DNA from: Octopus bimaculoides
Lineage: Eukaryota
Length of the DNA: 64,000 nucleotides
Direction of reading: 5' to 3'
Assembly: GCF_001194135.2 (NCBI RefSeq)
Contig: NC_068997.1
Location: 39,084,045-39,148,044, forward strand
Shown here: positions 24,401 through 37,973 of the stretch, piece by piece
Layout of the letters: each line of letters begins with the position of its first letter
Numbering within the stretch: the first letter of the stretch is position 1
Made by a program: the position numbers and the translations under genes
The notes under the pieces: generated by a model
What the model saw: only the letters and a program-made list of their open reading frames with translations
What the model was told of the DNA's origin: nothing
Database searches by the model: none

Positions 24401-24549
24401 TATGTGTTGAAATATATACACATATATATATGTGTGTATGTGCTTGTCACACACAAACACATATATATGTGTGTGTATGTGTGTAAGTATGTTTGTGTGT
24501 ATGTGTGTTTGTGTGTATGTGTTTGTGTGTACGTGTGTCTGTGTCAAAA

Positions 24550-26365
24550 ATCTCTAAGGAGAGATTAACGGCAGGAGGTCTTCAGAGAGGAAACCTCCCC
24601 TCATGAAAGTGCACCGGACCTTAAACTCCTTACAACCTTAGAGGGACCTGCCACATCCTGGTCATGACATTTAGATACCTCTCTGCTGCCACAGTCTATT
24701 TTACTGTTTGCATTTCAATCTGTACCTTCTTGCGTGGTCAAGGTGCTCCAGAGCTAAAGTACCTTGGATGTTGTAACCACTTCAGGGAAAGACACCCGCT
24801 GATCGAACGGAAAATTATGCCTTCTGAATGCACTTTCATCCTTGTTCAGATCCAGACGCAGTAATTCTAAGCTGCTTTTTCGATTGTCTCAAGAACTCTA
24901 TTTTTCCTTTCCCTGAAATTGAGAGCCATTTCTTGAGCTCGTAGGCAGATTTGTCTTCAAAGCCTCTCAGTCCCATCTCTATAGTAAAGATTTTGGCTTC
25001 GAAACCAGGTTCTCTTAATCTGATGACTAAATTGCTACATTTTCCAGTCTGGTAGATACGGGTTTCTTCCATTCTGCTTTCGTATGGCGCAGAAAATTCA
25101 ATCTGAATATCTAGTTTTTATGAGAGTAAAATAAAATATCCGGCCTAATACCACACTTGGTGATGACTGGGTGATTTTTCCATTCTGAAAAGTATGCTGT
25201 GAACTCCTAATCCCCCACTCCATCTGGTAGACTGGTTCTTTTTTTTTATTCTATTGGCACAACTGTTCTAGGTTACAATCTTTTGCTCCCTACTTTGTAG
25301 TACATTGATGGAGCCTCTGGTGGTCTCGTCTTCTCTCGCAGTATAAATCACACTCAAGGTCTCTTTAAGCACTTGATTTCATTTCCATGTGTACCTCCCT
25401 CGGGCTAGAGCCATTTTGCACGAATTCAGTTCATGTCTGACAGTTTGTTTTCTGTGGCAGAGTGGCCATGATTAGTTATATATTTCCCCGACTTCAAGTT
25501 TATATATGAGGGCAGAAAGTCAGATACATACCTGAGGATGAAGCTGACACTAACAACAGCCATAAGTCATAAGTCATAAGCTACTCCAGCTGAGACTCTC
25601 CCACGTCGTCCAATGTTCCTCTTGGTTCTGTTGAATTGGCTTCGGAATTCTCTTGGTTTCCCTCTTTTACATTTGACTACTACTCCATTGAGTCTAGTCC
25701 CCACCTATTGGTCTGTGTGTGTCTTGTTATTTCTCTAAGCTTGAGGATCGACTTCGCTTTATTCACTGCCTTGTAAACTTGCAATTTTATACCAATTCTT
25801 AGCTTGGGTTAGATGGATCTCACAACCATAATTCAAAAATTCTCAAGCATACACAAAACCTTTCTTGGCCAGCCTTGTACTCCACTCTTACATTCTACGA
25901 TGGTGTTTAAGGGTGACTTCTGATTCGTTTGGCGATAATAGAGACACCAAACCGTTTTGTTTTGTATTAATCTTGGCATCCATCATTGCCACTGCGCTTT
26001 TTTGCTTTCCCCTCTTTGTATCATATAGAGAGTTGTAATTCCAGCTTCCAAGGCTGGTTATTCCACCTTATATAGAATGGGTTGTTTGACTATATTGAAC
26101 AAGACTGTAAGACTGTATTCGCTACTTTCCCCTTCCGTAGAGAAAGGCACTTTGACTTTTTGTTTTGAATCTCACTCCTGATGAGGTGACTAACACATGT
26201 AACTACTTCTGTGTTCTGCGTGTCTTGTCGTTCTTGGTGGAAATTGTTGCAGTGTCATCCATAAAGGCTCTTACGGGTTCATTCCTCTATTGCCAGCACG
26301 AGCAATATTAGAGAAATGCTTGAGACCATTGTCATATCAACTTCCAAACTGATCTAGTCAACTCT
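24550..26365 (-). mobile_element. Hero-type (R2 superfamily, restriction-like endonuclease) non-LTR retrotransposon, 5'-truncated and degenerate
   Basis: RT PVRAFMDD (26254-26268) then RFKTKKSKCLSLRKGK. Decayed CCHC knuckle WPLCHRKQTVRHELNSCKMALARGRYTW (from 25468). RLE motifs IRPDI (25138-25146), IEFSAPYESRMEE and FTIEMGLRGF. Confidence 0.85.
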
Positions 26366-26624
26366 GAAATTCTTAATGTATGTAAGAAATAAGTATATAT
26401 ACACATATAGATTTAAAACTGTGCCTCATGATTTCTTTTTTCCGTGTTTGGGTTTTAACTGGCCTTTTTAACGTGTAAAGAGTCCTGTCAATGGTCTCCA
26501 CTTTGTATATATAAAGATATTTTATACACTCTTATTATACACATACACACACATAGTATGTGTATATATCTTATATAGTAGACTATATGTTTGTATGTGT
26601 GCATATGCACGCATGGTATATCTA

Positions 26625-26760
<136 letters not shown>

Positions 26761-28061
26761 TGTACATATGAATGTACATATGCAGATATATACATGCATA
26801 TATTTATAATATTCATGTGTACGTACACAGACGTGTTATGCGTGCTTTTGCTTTTTGATTATGTGTGCAATTTTACATATATTTATAATCTAAACTGTGA
26901 TTGGAGAAGAATACAGTGTTGGTAGAGGTATGGATAAGTAGAGAGTAAAACAGCAATGAGATGAAACAAAGTGAAATGTTGTAGACATGAAGTGATCAGC
27001 ATGTAAACGTGAAGTTTGTGAAGTAAGGAACAAAGGGAAGAAGGAAGAGATAGAAAGAAAAGGAAGACTTACGTAGAGTAAATGGCGTGCAGAAATATTT
27101 ATAAAGATGTTTCTCGTCACATGTAGGAGGACATATGTGGTACTAGTGGTGGAAGTGGTTGCAGTGGTGATGGCAATGTAGGTGATAGTGATTATTCATG
27201 AGATGAGACGACCGGTGACAAGTGTATTAGAAGTTGGGGGTTAATATTGAGGTTAAAGATAGAGGTAAGCACGGAGGCGAGAAGTGGTATTGGTGTGAAC
27301 TGTAAGGGTAATGACTGAATAGGTCATAGCTTGATTTAGTTGTGGTAATTACTGAGCTAAGGGCTGGTCAGTATGGAAGCGAATTCGAGAATTACTGTGA
27401 CAAATGCCTCAACCATGAAGTCGGAATATCCATTTGCTACTGACTGGAATATTGGCAACCTGAGAACCTGTTTCACTTATTTCTCACAACGTCCACCACA
27501 TCACTACAAACTATTTCGTTCCGATTAACAGTTTAGTGCAACCAACTCTTTAAACAAAATACTAATTTGCAAAATACCTTATCCGCTGGTCAACCTTACC
27601 TGAAAGTTCAGCTATAATCCAGTGACCTTTCCTACTATTCCTGCGCAAATTTATCATGCCACGACACTTACTACAATTACTATTGCCACACCGTTCTTCC
27701 TACTGCTTCTGCTTCTGATACTACCTATCTTAATCAACTTCAGCTATAAGTACAATTATGCTAGGAACGCTTCCCCGCATCGACATATATTTGTCCCAAA
27801 TCTATTTATTTTTCTATTTGAAAATGGGAATCAGTTCCAATACATTATACGACTACTAGAAAATACCCTATGTTGTGTAATGCGATATCTTCTCTCTTTC
27901 ACTTCAGTTATTGACATCACCTTACATATTTTGTCTAACTTAACTCAGCTTCATTGCTCAAAGGTTTCAATCAGTTATTTCATTATGCACATTGTAATGC
28001 TTCAAGTCTATTACAAAGCTCTTATATCACTGTCTATATTTATTTACATATATGTATATAT

Positions 28062-28064
<3 letters not shown>

Positions 28065-28147
<83 letters not shown>

Positions 28148-28182
28148 ATATATATATACATATATATGTGTGCATATACGTA

Positions 28183-28214
<32 letters not shown>

Positions 28215-28215
28215 C
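28065..28215. repeat. (AT)n-(GT)n-(GA)n compound microsatellite
   Basis: Seen directly. Confidence 0.95.
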
Positions 28216-29853
28216 GATGGAGAGACACAGACAGAAAGTGTTCTACAGTGATGAAGAAAAATGGAAGTAAAAAATGACTGTGACTTAAGTAAGAATGGAC
28301 GTGTATGAGTTAAAGTGAGAAGATGTATTAGAGAGAAAGAGGGACAAAGAGATATGGGGAAGAGGAATATGTAGAAAATATCGAAAGATAGTGATCTTAC
28401 TTCTCAAACTAGCTATTTTCACTTCGATAACGAGCATGTTTTTAATCAGGGATGTTATTCTGATTTGTGTTATGTACGAGTAGGTTAAAAATAATGCATC
28501 ACTAATAACGCACACGCACACAGCATCAACAACAACAGCAACAACAACAATAAGACAAAATACTTGAATAACACTCCCAACAAGCTGTTTACAGCTCAGG
28601 TTAAAAAATTGTCTCTCAGTTGCCAAACAAAGTGATAGTAGCTATAAGTTTGATAGAGTAAATCCTTTTTTATTTATAAGATCACCTTGAAAGTGTGCTA
28701 GATAAATAGACAACGGTTCTTGCTGTTAACGACGCTTAAACGTCAGTCATAAAAAGCATTCGAGCAATACTCAGACATTATTTTAGGAATCCGTTACAAT
28801 AAATTATTCGATGAATCCTTTGCTGTCTTAGAAGGGTATGTTGTCATTCGAAGGAGATTTTACGACAGCGCAAGAGCTCCTTACTCTATTTTCTATACAT
28901 TTGGGGTAGCACGAGGAAGACTCGCTTCCGTTCTAATTTTGTCTCAAACAATCGTGGTGCTGGCATATACGCAATGTGGCTGTGATTTCTGAATTATGAC
29001 GTGATTTTATGATTTTGCAAATTATTCAGAATGTCACTGGGTGATAAAAAATTTCAAAATGATTGTGAACTTAAATATCAAAATGGGCATAATTAATTAA
29101 AGCTAATCGAAAAATTAAAAACATGGGATCCTTCTAGCTTCTGTTTGTGGAATGTACGGTGTTAACGAAGCAATCTTTCTGAAATCCGTTATTAAATTGC
29201 AGTAGTTTTCTTTGAAAATATAGTGTTGATCGAATGGCACGTGCTTCGGGGAAGTAGAACAGAAAACACATGAGAGTTGGGCATGATTAACAAAGATAGA
29301 ACCTGTAAATAAGTAATATGTCCAATAAAGATCTAGTGGTGCTCATGTACGAAGCCTGGAATTGAAATCTTCATCTGAAACTTTGTGGAAACACGAGACT
29401 TAATGTTAAAGCAAGTGGTGGGTGATTGTAAAACTTTAGAAACAAGTTTTGGCATTGTGAACGAGAAAATATTAAAACTTTAAGTCATTTAGAAAATTTC
29501 ATACCAAAAATTATTAAAGGGTCTTACTTTATCGCAGGAGAAAAGGCGCCTAAGGGAGGTAATTTTTAATTAAGTGGGAAGCAAAGTTTCTCTTACAAGG
29601 AATCAGCCAAAACTACGGACTGAAGACGCATGTCAAAATGCATGCATTCAGCAGGGGCCGCTCTGAGGCAACTCTGGTGTCTTACACCTTTTTGTCTCAA
29701 ATGAGAATATTTTCTCCATTACAAGCTGCAGCGAAAAGCCTTTTACGGGTTCAAATATCGCTCAAGCATATTTGAAGTAGTATTAAATATATTTACTCTC
29801 ACTCATCTACTTAGGAACACAGACACAGACACACACACACAGACACACACACA

Positions 29854-29889
<36 letters not shown>

Positions 29890-31054
29890 ACACACATGCA
29901 CACACATATCATATATAGACATATACACATATATCTATTACTTTTACATACATACGTATACACACATACACACACATGCACACACACACAAACACATATA
30001 TATACACAAACCGCACACACTCACACACATATGTTGCATTTATGTTGGTATATACATATACACAATACATATCTACATACATATGTTTGGTGCGTGCGTG
30101 CGTGTGTTTGTGTGTGTGTGTGTGTCATATGCATGCCTTGATATTTACACAATATATATTATGGACAAATAGGTGGGTGTATTATATACACGCATACAAA
30201 CACGCACAAACACACGCACACACACACATTCATACACGCACTCGAACTAACGTGTTCACACTACAAAGTACATTACCATAAAGTAGCCATTACGTAAAAT
30301 TTGTATTCATATAATTAAGGTTTCCTTTGCAGAACTAAAACTTTGTTTTCAGAAGGGAAATTTATGAATTTCAAATCTAAGATGTGAATCTAAATAATAA
30401 CTACCATATGTTGCCCTTCTGTATCTTACCAGGTATATGCCTAATTCTATGAAACTCGACTACTATAAGTGCTCAGTTAGGATTACTTATAATGCACGAA
30501 GAATAGGGGTAAAATTATATTCTTTGTGTAAGTAATTTTACTGTTCCTGCGATGGTAGCGTTTTACAACTTCAGAGAAAGATAAGATTCTGAATTCTTCG
30601 AAATTATCCGTTATTATCTCAAACTGACAGCATGTCTATGTGGATATTGTCAATATCCTCTCAGTAAAGGAATACAGCTTAACGAGACATTAATTTAGCC
30701 GACGAATTAGATGTTAGTGAAAGGTTTATTAAAGAGTTTTATGCAGAAATTCATCGAAATATTGCAGATAATATCTAGTTTATTTGCTTTGAAAGTATCG
30801 CAAATCATTATAGAGTTGTGGCTTTAAAAGTTAATAAGAAGTCAATATTTATGGTATGTAAAGCGATGTAGAAACATATTTTAGTATTTACAAACACACA
30901 CACACACAAGCACGCACACACAAACACGCACACACGCGCGCGCACACGCGCGCGCACACACACAAACGCATATATTTTCATGTGTGTGAGGAGTGGGCTT
31001 GTAGTTCTACACGTGTGTTTGTTTGTGTGTTATCATGCGTATATAAATAGAAGT

Positions 31055-31089
<35 letters not shown>

Positions 31090-31829
31090 NNNNNNNNNNN
31101 NNNNNNNNNNNNNNNNNNNNNNNNNNNNNNNNNNNNNNNNNNNNNNNNNNNNNNNNNNNNNNNNNNNNNNNNNNNNNNNNNNNNNNNNNNNNNNNNNNNN
31201 NNNNNNNNNNNNNNNNNNNNNNNNNNNNNNNNNNNNNNNNNNNNNNNNNNNNNNNNATTTATATATATGTGCTTGTGTGCGTGTATATATATATATATAT
31301 ATATACACGCACACAAGCACATATATATGTGTATGTGTGTGTGTGTGTGTATGTGTGTGTTCTTGTGCGTTTGTGTGCATGTATCGAGTGTCGAACAAAA
31401 ATGCTGTGAAGAGGTTCAAACATGTACACATGCGTATTAATAGATGCAAGTCACATATTCTACGGCAGATTCTGATGAATATTTATGTATATATGTTTAT
31501 GAAATGTGTATTTTCTATGCAATCAAAATTATATGTCACATCTTTAAATGATAAACTAAAGCAAATAATTATTTTGGATACTATATACATATATCCGTTA
31601 CATATATACAGTCTTACCTACATATGTACATACATACACACACACAAATTCATATATGTGTGCTTATCGTACCATGCTTATTCAACTCTGAAAGAAATAT
31701 TTTAAACTCCTGTCCTAACACCTAACCGCAGCCATCTATTTCGTATTAACATATATTTATACCGCATACAACCAACATTATATGCATGCATGTGATTATA
31801 TTTTGCTGTACAAATACCATTCCATATTA

Positions 31830-31898
<69 letters not shown>

Positions 31899-32171
31899 CT
31901 GTTATATATACATGTGTTTATTCATATATATATATATTTATATATACGTGTGTATGTGTGTATGTATTTATGTATATATGTATGTATGTATGTGTATTCG
32001 AATAATTATGAATAGAGAAGTGTGTGTAAGTAGTTGCAATGGACAGAGAGTATTAATAAAGTTTATAACTGAATAGAAATGGCAGCAGGAACAAAAAACA
32101 TGAACGTACACTTTGATTAAACAGTATAGAGCTCGCTATATTTAAAGATTTGCCCCACACTNNNNNNNNNN

Positions 32172-32204
<33 letters not shown>

Positions 32205-32514
32205 TGTACGTGTGCGTGTGTAAGTGTGTGTGCGCGCGTGTATGTATACATGTACGTGTATGCCTATGTCAATACATTATATATATATTATATATACATA
32301 CCGACATACGTACATACACACACATACACACACACATATATATGTATGTATGTATGTATATATATTACAGATGTGTTTGGAAATCACACTAACCTCTATG
32401 AAAATGAAAATACAAATTCTATTTATTTTCTTTAATAACATTATCTTTGAACATTGAAAAGAAAAAATCTTTCCAATTATGCTTCATTCAAGCCAGAACT
32501 TATATTCATGCAAG

Positions 32515-32589
32515 GATGGCAGAGAAGCAGAGAGAAACATCATTACAGCCGTTCTTTTAAATGAAGGCATCTCATTTAATTCACTTGAG
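32515..32589 (+). CDS. Weak candidate internal exon, unknown gene
   Basis: Donor GAG|gtgaga at 32590. The upstream frame is open as (NLYSCK)DGREAERNIITAVLLNEGISFNSLE. The acceptor is ambiguous (AG at 32491-92, 32495-96 or 32513-14). Confidence 0.25.
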
Positions 32590-33230
32590 GTGAGAATGAT
32601 AATTTAATATAAAAGATTACTTTATGATTTCTTTCAAAATAATCCTCAATGGATAGTCTGATTTCCAAAATCTTCCGCCAATATTTTCTCTTAGTTACTT
32701 AGTTTAAACATACTGTTATCTATTTATTTGCTTTTCACTGTGTTTGTGTTTTGTTAAAATGTGAGAACTTTTGAAATTGATATAAAAATAATTCGGTTGA
32801 AATATACTGATCACTATAACTTAAATATATTTTATGATTAATTAAATTTTAGTGACAGTATTTAATTACAGTTCAACGCCGATAGAGTTCAATTTCAAAT
32901 TAATAGACTATTGACCAATGACCAAAAGGGTTCGAAAACAAAACATAAATGATAAATATCAAATAAAAATAGCCACTAACAAAGGTATTTATGCGGGGAA
33001 TAAATTTAAAACTCAGGTAGAATAACGAAATTGAAAGAGAGAAAGGGAATTATGTACCCCCTAATATTCGTATTTTGCTGATTGAAGCGACTTCAAGGAT
33101 AACACAAGGAGCGTCGGATTATGCCAATTGGCGGAAATTTTCTCAAATTATATTTTGTAAGTAAGAAAATTTTATGGGAATAAAGTTAGTACTAAATTTT
33201 ATTCATATACACGTAACATTTATACATATA

Positions 33231-33309
33231 GAGAGTAATCTCTCGCCATATCGCGGGGGGGGGAGGGGGTTTGGAACGCAATACCCGCAATAGTCGAGGG
33301 ATTACTGTA
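33231..33309. mobile_element. Very short Tigger/pogo-like MITE
   Basis: Imperfect TIRs AGTAATCTCTCGCCATATCGCGG / CCCGCAATAGTCGAGGGATTACTG with TA flanks, around a short G-rich core. Confidence 0.55.
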
Positions 33310-33358
33310 CATATATATATATGCATATGTATGGAGATATATGTGTGTATATATACAC

Positions 33359-33408
<50 letters not shown>

Positions 33409-33823
33409 TTATGATAGCATACAGAAAGCAGGTATGATATTGAATGCTCTATAGAACAAACACGCGTTTCAGGAAAATGCTTAATAATTGCATAATAGTT
33501 ATAGAAGCGTTAAGCAAATTTATATAACGGTGGTATAAACATTATACAATAAAGTTTCATCGCGGAACTTAATGAAGTGCGGTGCTTGATTGCATACTAT
33601 TTCTACAACTATTATGTAATTATTAGGGAATTTGACTGAGATGCGTGTATGTTCTAGAGAGCATTGAATACTGTACTATTTTTCATAATGCTATTACAAT
33701 TTCTATCATTTGGATTGTAATCTGCATACCAGCCTATCCCAAGGTTGACACTGGAGTGGGGTATGGAAACCAGTACTGTGCTCGATCTTTGGTCACATGT
33801 TGGTTTCACAGTGCCTTTTTTTG

Positions 33824-33877
<54 letters not shown>

Positions 33878-34492
33878 NNNNNNNNNNNNNNNNNNNNNNN
33901 NNNNNNNNNNNNNNNNNNNNNNNNNNNNNNNNNNNNNNNNNNNNNNNNNNNNNNNNNNNNNNNNNNNNNNNNNNNNNNNNNNNNNNNNNNNNNNNNNNNN
34001 NNNNNNNNNNNNNNNNNNNNNNNNNNNNNNNNNNNNNNNNNNNNNNNNNNNNNNNNNNNNNNNNNNNNNNNNNNNNNNNNNNNNNNNNNNNNNNNNNNNN
34101 NNNNNNNNNNNNNNNNNNNNNNNNNNNNNNNNNNNNNNNNNNNNNNNNNNNNNNNNNNNNNNNNNNNNNNNNNNNNNNNNNNNNNNNNNNNNNNNNNNNN
34201 NNNNNNNNNNNNNNNNNNNNNNNNNNNNNNNNNNNNNNNNNNNNNNNNNNNNNNNNNNNNNNNNNNNNNNNNNNNNNNNNNNNNNNNNNNNNNNNNNNNN
34301 NNNNNNNNNNNNNNNNNNNNNNNNNNNNNNNNNNNNNNNNNNNNNNNNNNNNNNNNNNNNNNNNNNNNNNNNNNNNNNNNNNNNNNNNNNNNNNNNNNNN
34401 NNNNNNNNNNNNNNNNNNNNNNNNNNNNNNNNNNNNNNNNNNNNNNNNNNNNNNNNNNNNNNNNNNNNNNNNNNNNNNNNNNNNNNNNNNNN

Positions 34493-34562
<70 letters not shown>

Positions 34563-34664
34563 GGAGAGAGAGAGAAAAAGTGAGTGAGTGAGTGAGTGAG
34601 AGAGTGAGTGAGAGAGAGACGGATAGATTTAAAACATTGCACACACGAATCTATTTATATATTG

Positions 34665-34866
34665 GTTTCAAAGTTTGGGACAAGTCCAGCAATTTCATGG
34701 GAGGTGGCAAGTCGATTCCATCGACTCCAGGACTTATTTTATCGACCTCGAAAGGATGAAAAGCAAAGTCGACCTCGGCATCATTTGAACTCAGAGCCCA
34801 AAGACGGACGAAACGCTGCTAAGCATTTTGACCGACGCGGTAACGATTCTGTCAGCTCTCTGACTT
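34665..34866 (-). mobile_element. tRNA-derived SINE, family A
   Basis: Core atcgacctcgaaaggatgaaaagcaaagtcgacctcggc...aactcagag. Confidence 0.88.
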
Positions 34867-35641
34867 AAAATATTCTTATATTGACATAAAAATACATACA
34901 AGGATAATGTTAGTAGAATAAAGACTATCTTTATATGCAAGTCATTAGTAAATCTCAAAGAAACCTAAATACTTCTTACTTATGGATTACTGCTGGGATA
35001 TGTTCATCTTGCACCCATTATTATAACGTGTATTTAACACAGGATGTTTATGAAAAGATTGTCTCTCAGGCAAAAACCACATCAGCATACCTGACGACAC
35101 GTATATACAATAAGTATGACATATAGATGATTATACAAACATATCGTTTTAGGTTAAACTCACCTTCATACAAAATTGATGTATAGAGTTAGTCATGATT
35201 GTTACTTATTCTCTTTTCCTCTCCCTGAAACTCTGAACTTCTCTGCGAAATATAAAGATTTGTTGAGAAATAACGGTCAGCTTGTAGTAGAAAATCTACG
35301 ATAATTCAATTGCAATTAGACTATAATTTGTTAAGCCTACGCTGTGGACTGCAAGCATATGAGAATACATCTTGTTGTTTATTCGTACAGAAAAATAAAG
35401 AGATTGTCTTACGATATTTTATGGATGACAAGCAACGTTATCTCAATTTGTCACTGGTTCTTAGTCAAAATGGCTAGACTATTTTGCATATCCGGTATTT
35501 GTCGACGGCGTGATTAAATACACAATAAATCTTTTATGCATATAATTGGAAAAATCTAACATAAATTAATTGTAGTTATACAACAATTTGTTACACCTAT
35601 TCTGTAGAAGATAAAAATACATCATATTTTTCCCCCTACAA

Positions 35642-35833
35642 AAGGCGACAAGCTGGCAGAGTCGTTAACATGCCGAGCGAAATGCTTTATGCTCTGAGTT
35701 CTGATTCCGCCGAGGTTGACTTTGCTTTTCGTCCTTTCGAGGTCGATAAATTAATTACCAGTCGAGCACTGGGCTCAATGTGATCGGCTGGCTTCCTTCC
35801 CCAAAATTTGTGTCTATAGTAGAGAAGATTATT
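35642..35833 (+). mobile_element. tRNA-derived SINE, family A (internally deleted)
   Basis: aaggcgacaagctggcagag...ccgccgaggttgactttgc...ccccaaaattt. Confidence 0.88.
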
Positions 35834-35916
35834 CCCCTTGCAAATAGAATAAGAAAACACACACAAGCACACGTTCTAGTCTCAGACGGTATAGTTTGAC
35901 TATGTTGGGACATCAT

Positions 35917-35949
<33 letters not shown>

Positions 35950-35959
<10 letters not shown>

Positions 35960-36510
35960 CCATTCATTCATCTTTTCTGTCGAATATTCCTAGGATAGTA
36001 GGGCCGGGGAAGAGTAAAGTCCTCAGGCAGCACCTCCATACAATCGTTGGATCCGAACAGGTACAATCGTCATTAGATTTTCCAACTGGATTCCCAAGCG
36101 ACACCTACCGAGACTGTGGATACAATGCAACCGTCTCGTTGTTGGTCTATCCCTAGGCCTCCTGTCGATTGGCTCGGTTTGAAGAATCCGTTTTGCGATC
36201 TTTCCCTCCGACATTCCGTGGTTATGAAATTCTCAATACATAGAAACAGTGGCTCGATGTGGGGAGACATGCTGGTCCCCGTGCTGCGCATCCTGTCCAG
36301 TAACGTTATTCTAAAGATTTTTCGAATGAACACCACTTGTATTCGTGATTGCACTTCGACTGATGTAGTGAGTGCATTTCTTTACAAGCACATGCAACTC
36401 TTCGCTTCAAGTCAGTCTCCTGTTTCCCAACACTTGTGAATACAGTCTCGGGATTCTTAAATTTCTCTACTTGTCTCCGTGATATTTCTTTAACATGAAG
36501 AGTTCACTGG
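35950..36510 (-). mobile_element. RTE-type LINE 3' end, 5'-truncated
   Basis: Minus strand FRITLLDRMRS, MSEGKIAKRILQTEPIDRRPRDRP.TR.L.CI...G..RLGI. Ends in a short GATG/GAAT tail. Confidence 0.8.
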
Positions 36511-36554
36511 AAGGACATATATATNNNNNNNNNNATATATATATATATATATAT

Positions 36555-36976
36555 ATCGTAAAATATATTTGCTGATTAAATGTGACGGTCCCATAGATAG
36601 AGGACGATGTTAGTGTTGTTTTTAGCCCCAGGAAGAGATCTCCTCCAGCTGGCTAACGACTCACTGTGTCCCATTAGCATCGCTCCCATCTCTAACCTTA
36701 CGTGATACACACAGACCCGTGTTTCTGTGTAGTTACCCGTCTTCAGTGTGTGATAATTAGACACTGAAGAGGGGTAATTACTTACAAACCCGGATCTGTG
36801 TGTATCATGTAAGGCTAGAGATGAGAGCGATGACCTCCTGTCGCAAAGACTAATCGGAAACAGACTGTGTCGTTAGCTAGCTGAAGGAGATGTCTTCCTG
36901 GGGCTAAAAACAACAATTACATCGTCATCGTCCTCTATTGGACCGCCACATTTAGTTGGCAAATATATTTTACGAT
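36555..36976. repeat. 422-bp foldback (long inverted repeat with an 11-nt loop)
   Basis: Left arm 36555-36749 pairs with right arm 36761-36976. The inner 72 bp have 10 mismatches, and the right arm carries a 17-nt extra segment. Termini are ATCGTAAAATATATTTGC / GCAAATATATTTTACGAT. Confidence 0.93.
36708..36752 (-). ncRNA. Hammerhead-like motif at the foldback apex (stem II degenerate)
   Basis: CACACA-CTGAAGA-CGGGTAACTACACA-GAAA-C ACGG G-TC-TGTGTG. Stem I has 6 bp, both core boxes are intact and the triplet is GUC. Stem II pairs poorly, and the mirrored arm lacks G12. Confidence 0.4.
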
Positions 36977-37939
36977 TCCGTACAGTCAGTGTTTACCTCT
37001 TGCTCAGAGATTTATTATATCCTATATATATATATATATATATATACATGTGTGTTTGTATGTGTGTGTTATGTGTATGCTAATGTGAAATGCGTTGACA
37101 TATATGTGATTTTAAAAATCCTATTTTACATCCGAATAGAAATTTTACCTGAAAATATGCACATAGAGTACGTTTTCTTACTTTAGTGGCATTGCAAAAC
37201 ATCTGTTATAAGTGCTTTATGCCTATTTCTTCATTTCCGAGATAAAAATTTTGTTGTCAGAGAAGATAAATTGAAAAACCAAACTTATCGAATGATATTC
37301 CATTTACATTAACTTTCAATTTATTTAGTTTCGCATGTAACAATGAAAAAAAATGTATGATGCGTTTATAAATGGCCTGTATAGCGTTTCATTAATGCCA
37401 ATGGATGTAGGCTGAACGCAGTTTCAGTCTGGGTGAGTTTATTAGGTATGCCTTGGGGACCCGGTTAGCTCGGAGAATCTGCGTGGAATAGATTAGATGT
37501 AACACCAGTAAAACTAATGTAGACGCAGTTAAATCCATTGGAAGTAACTGAACTGAGATGTATACCTAGGGAGTTAGGGGCTGGGATTTGAAGGTAAACA
37601 TTCATTGGAGGTTGTAGACCGGATAAGCTATATATTACAACAGTCATGTAGCGGCAATAAAGGTAGCTAGAGAAATGGTTATGCATTTGTTCAATGCATC
37701 AGAAGACAGACGAGTGAAAAAAGAAATTTTAATAAATAATGGCGAAGAAAATGGTATATAAAATATGGACAATAGCTTTCCATAGCGACTTCCTTCTGAA
37801 ACAACTTAACAGGAAATGCCAATGTATGTATGTATGTATGTATGTATGTATGTATGTATGTATGTATGTATGTATGCATGTATGTATGTATGCATGTGTG
37901 TGTGTGAGTAGGTATGGTTGTATATGACTTTCTCACTCA

Positions 37940-37973
<34 letters not shown>

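Noticed and set aside
27601-27641. Minus-strand exon candidates at 27601-27641 and about 60870-60904
   Set aside because: Short, open in only some phases, and unsupported beyond splice dinucleotides.
29599-29643. C2H2 zinc-finger-like tail ISQNYGLKTHVKMH
   Set aside because: No Cys pair upstream and no linker or neighbouring fingers.
30690-30855. Peptide LADELDVSERFIKEFYAEIHRNI
   Set aside because: Bracketed by stops, with no good acceptor and no identifiable family.
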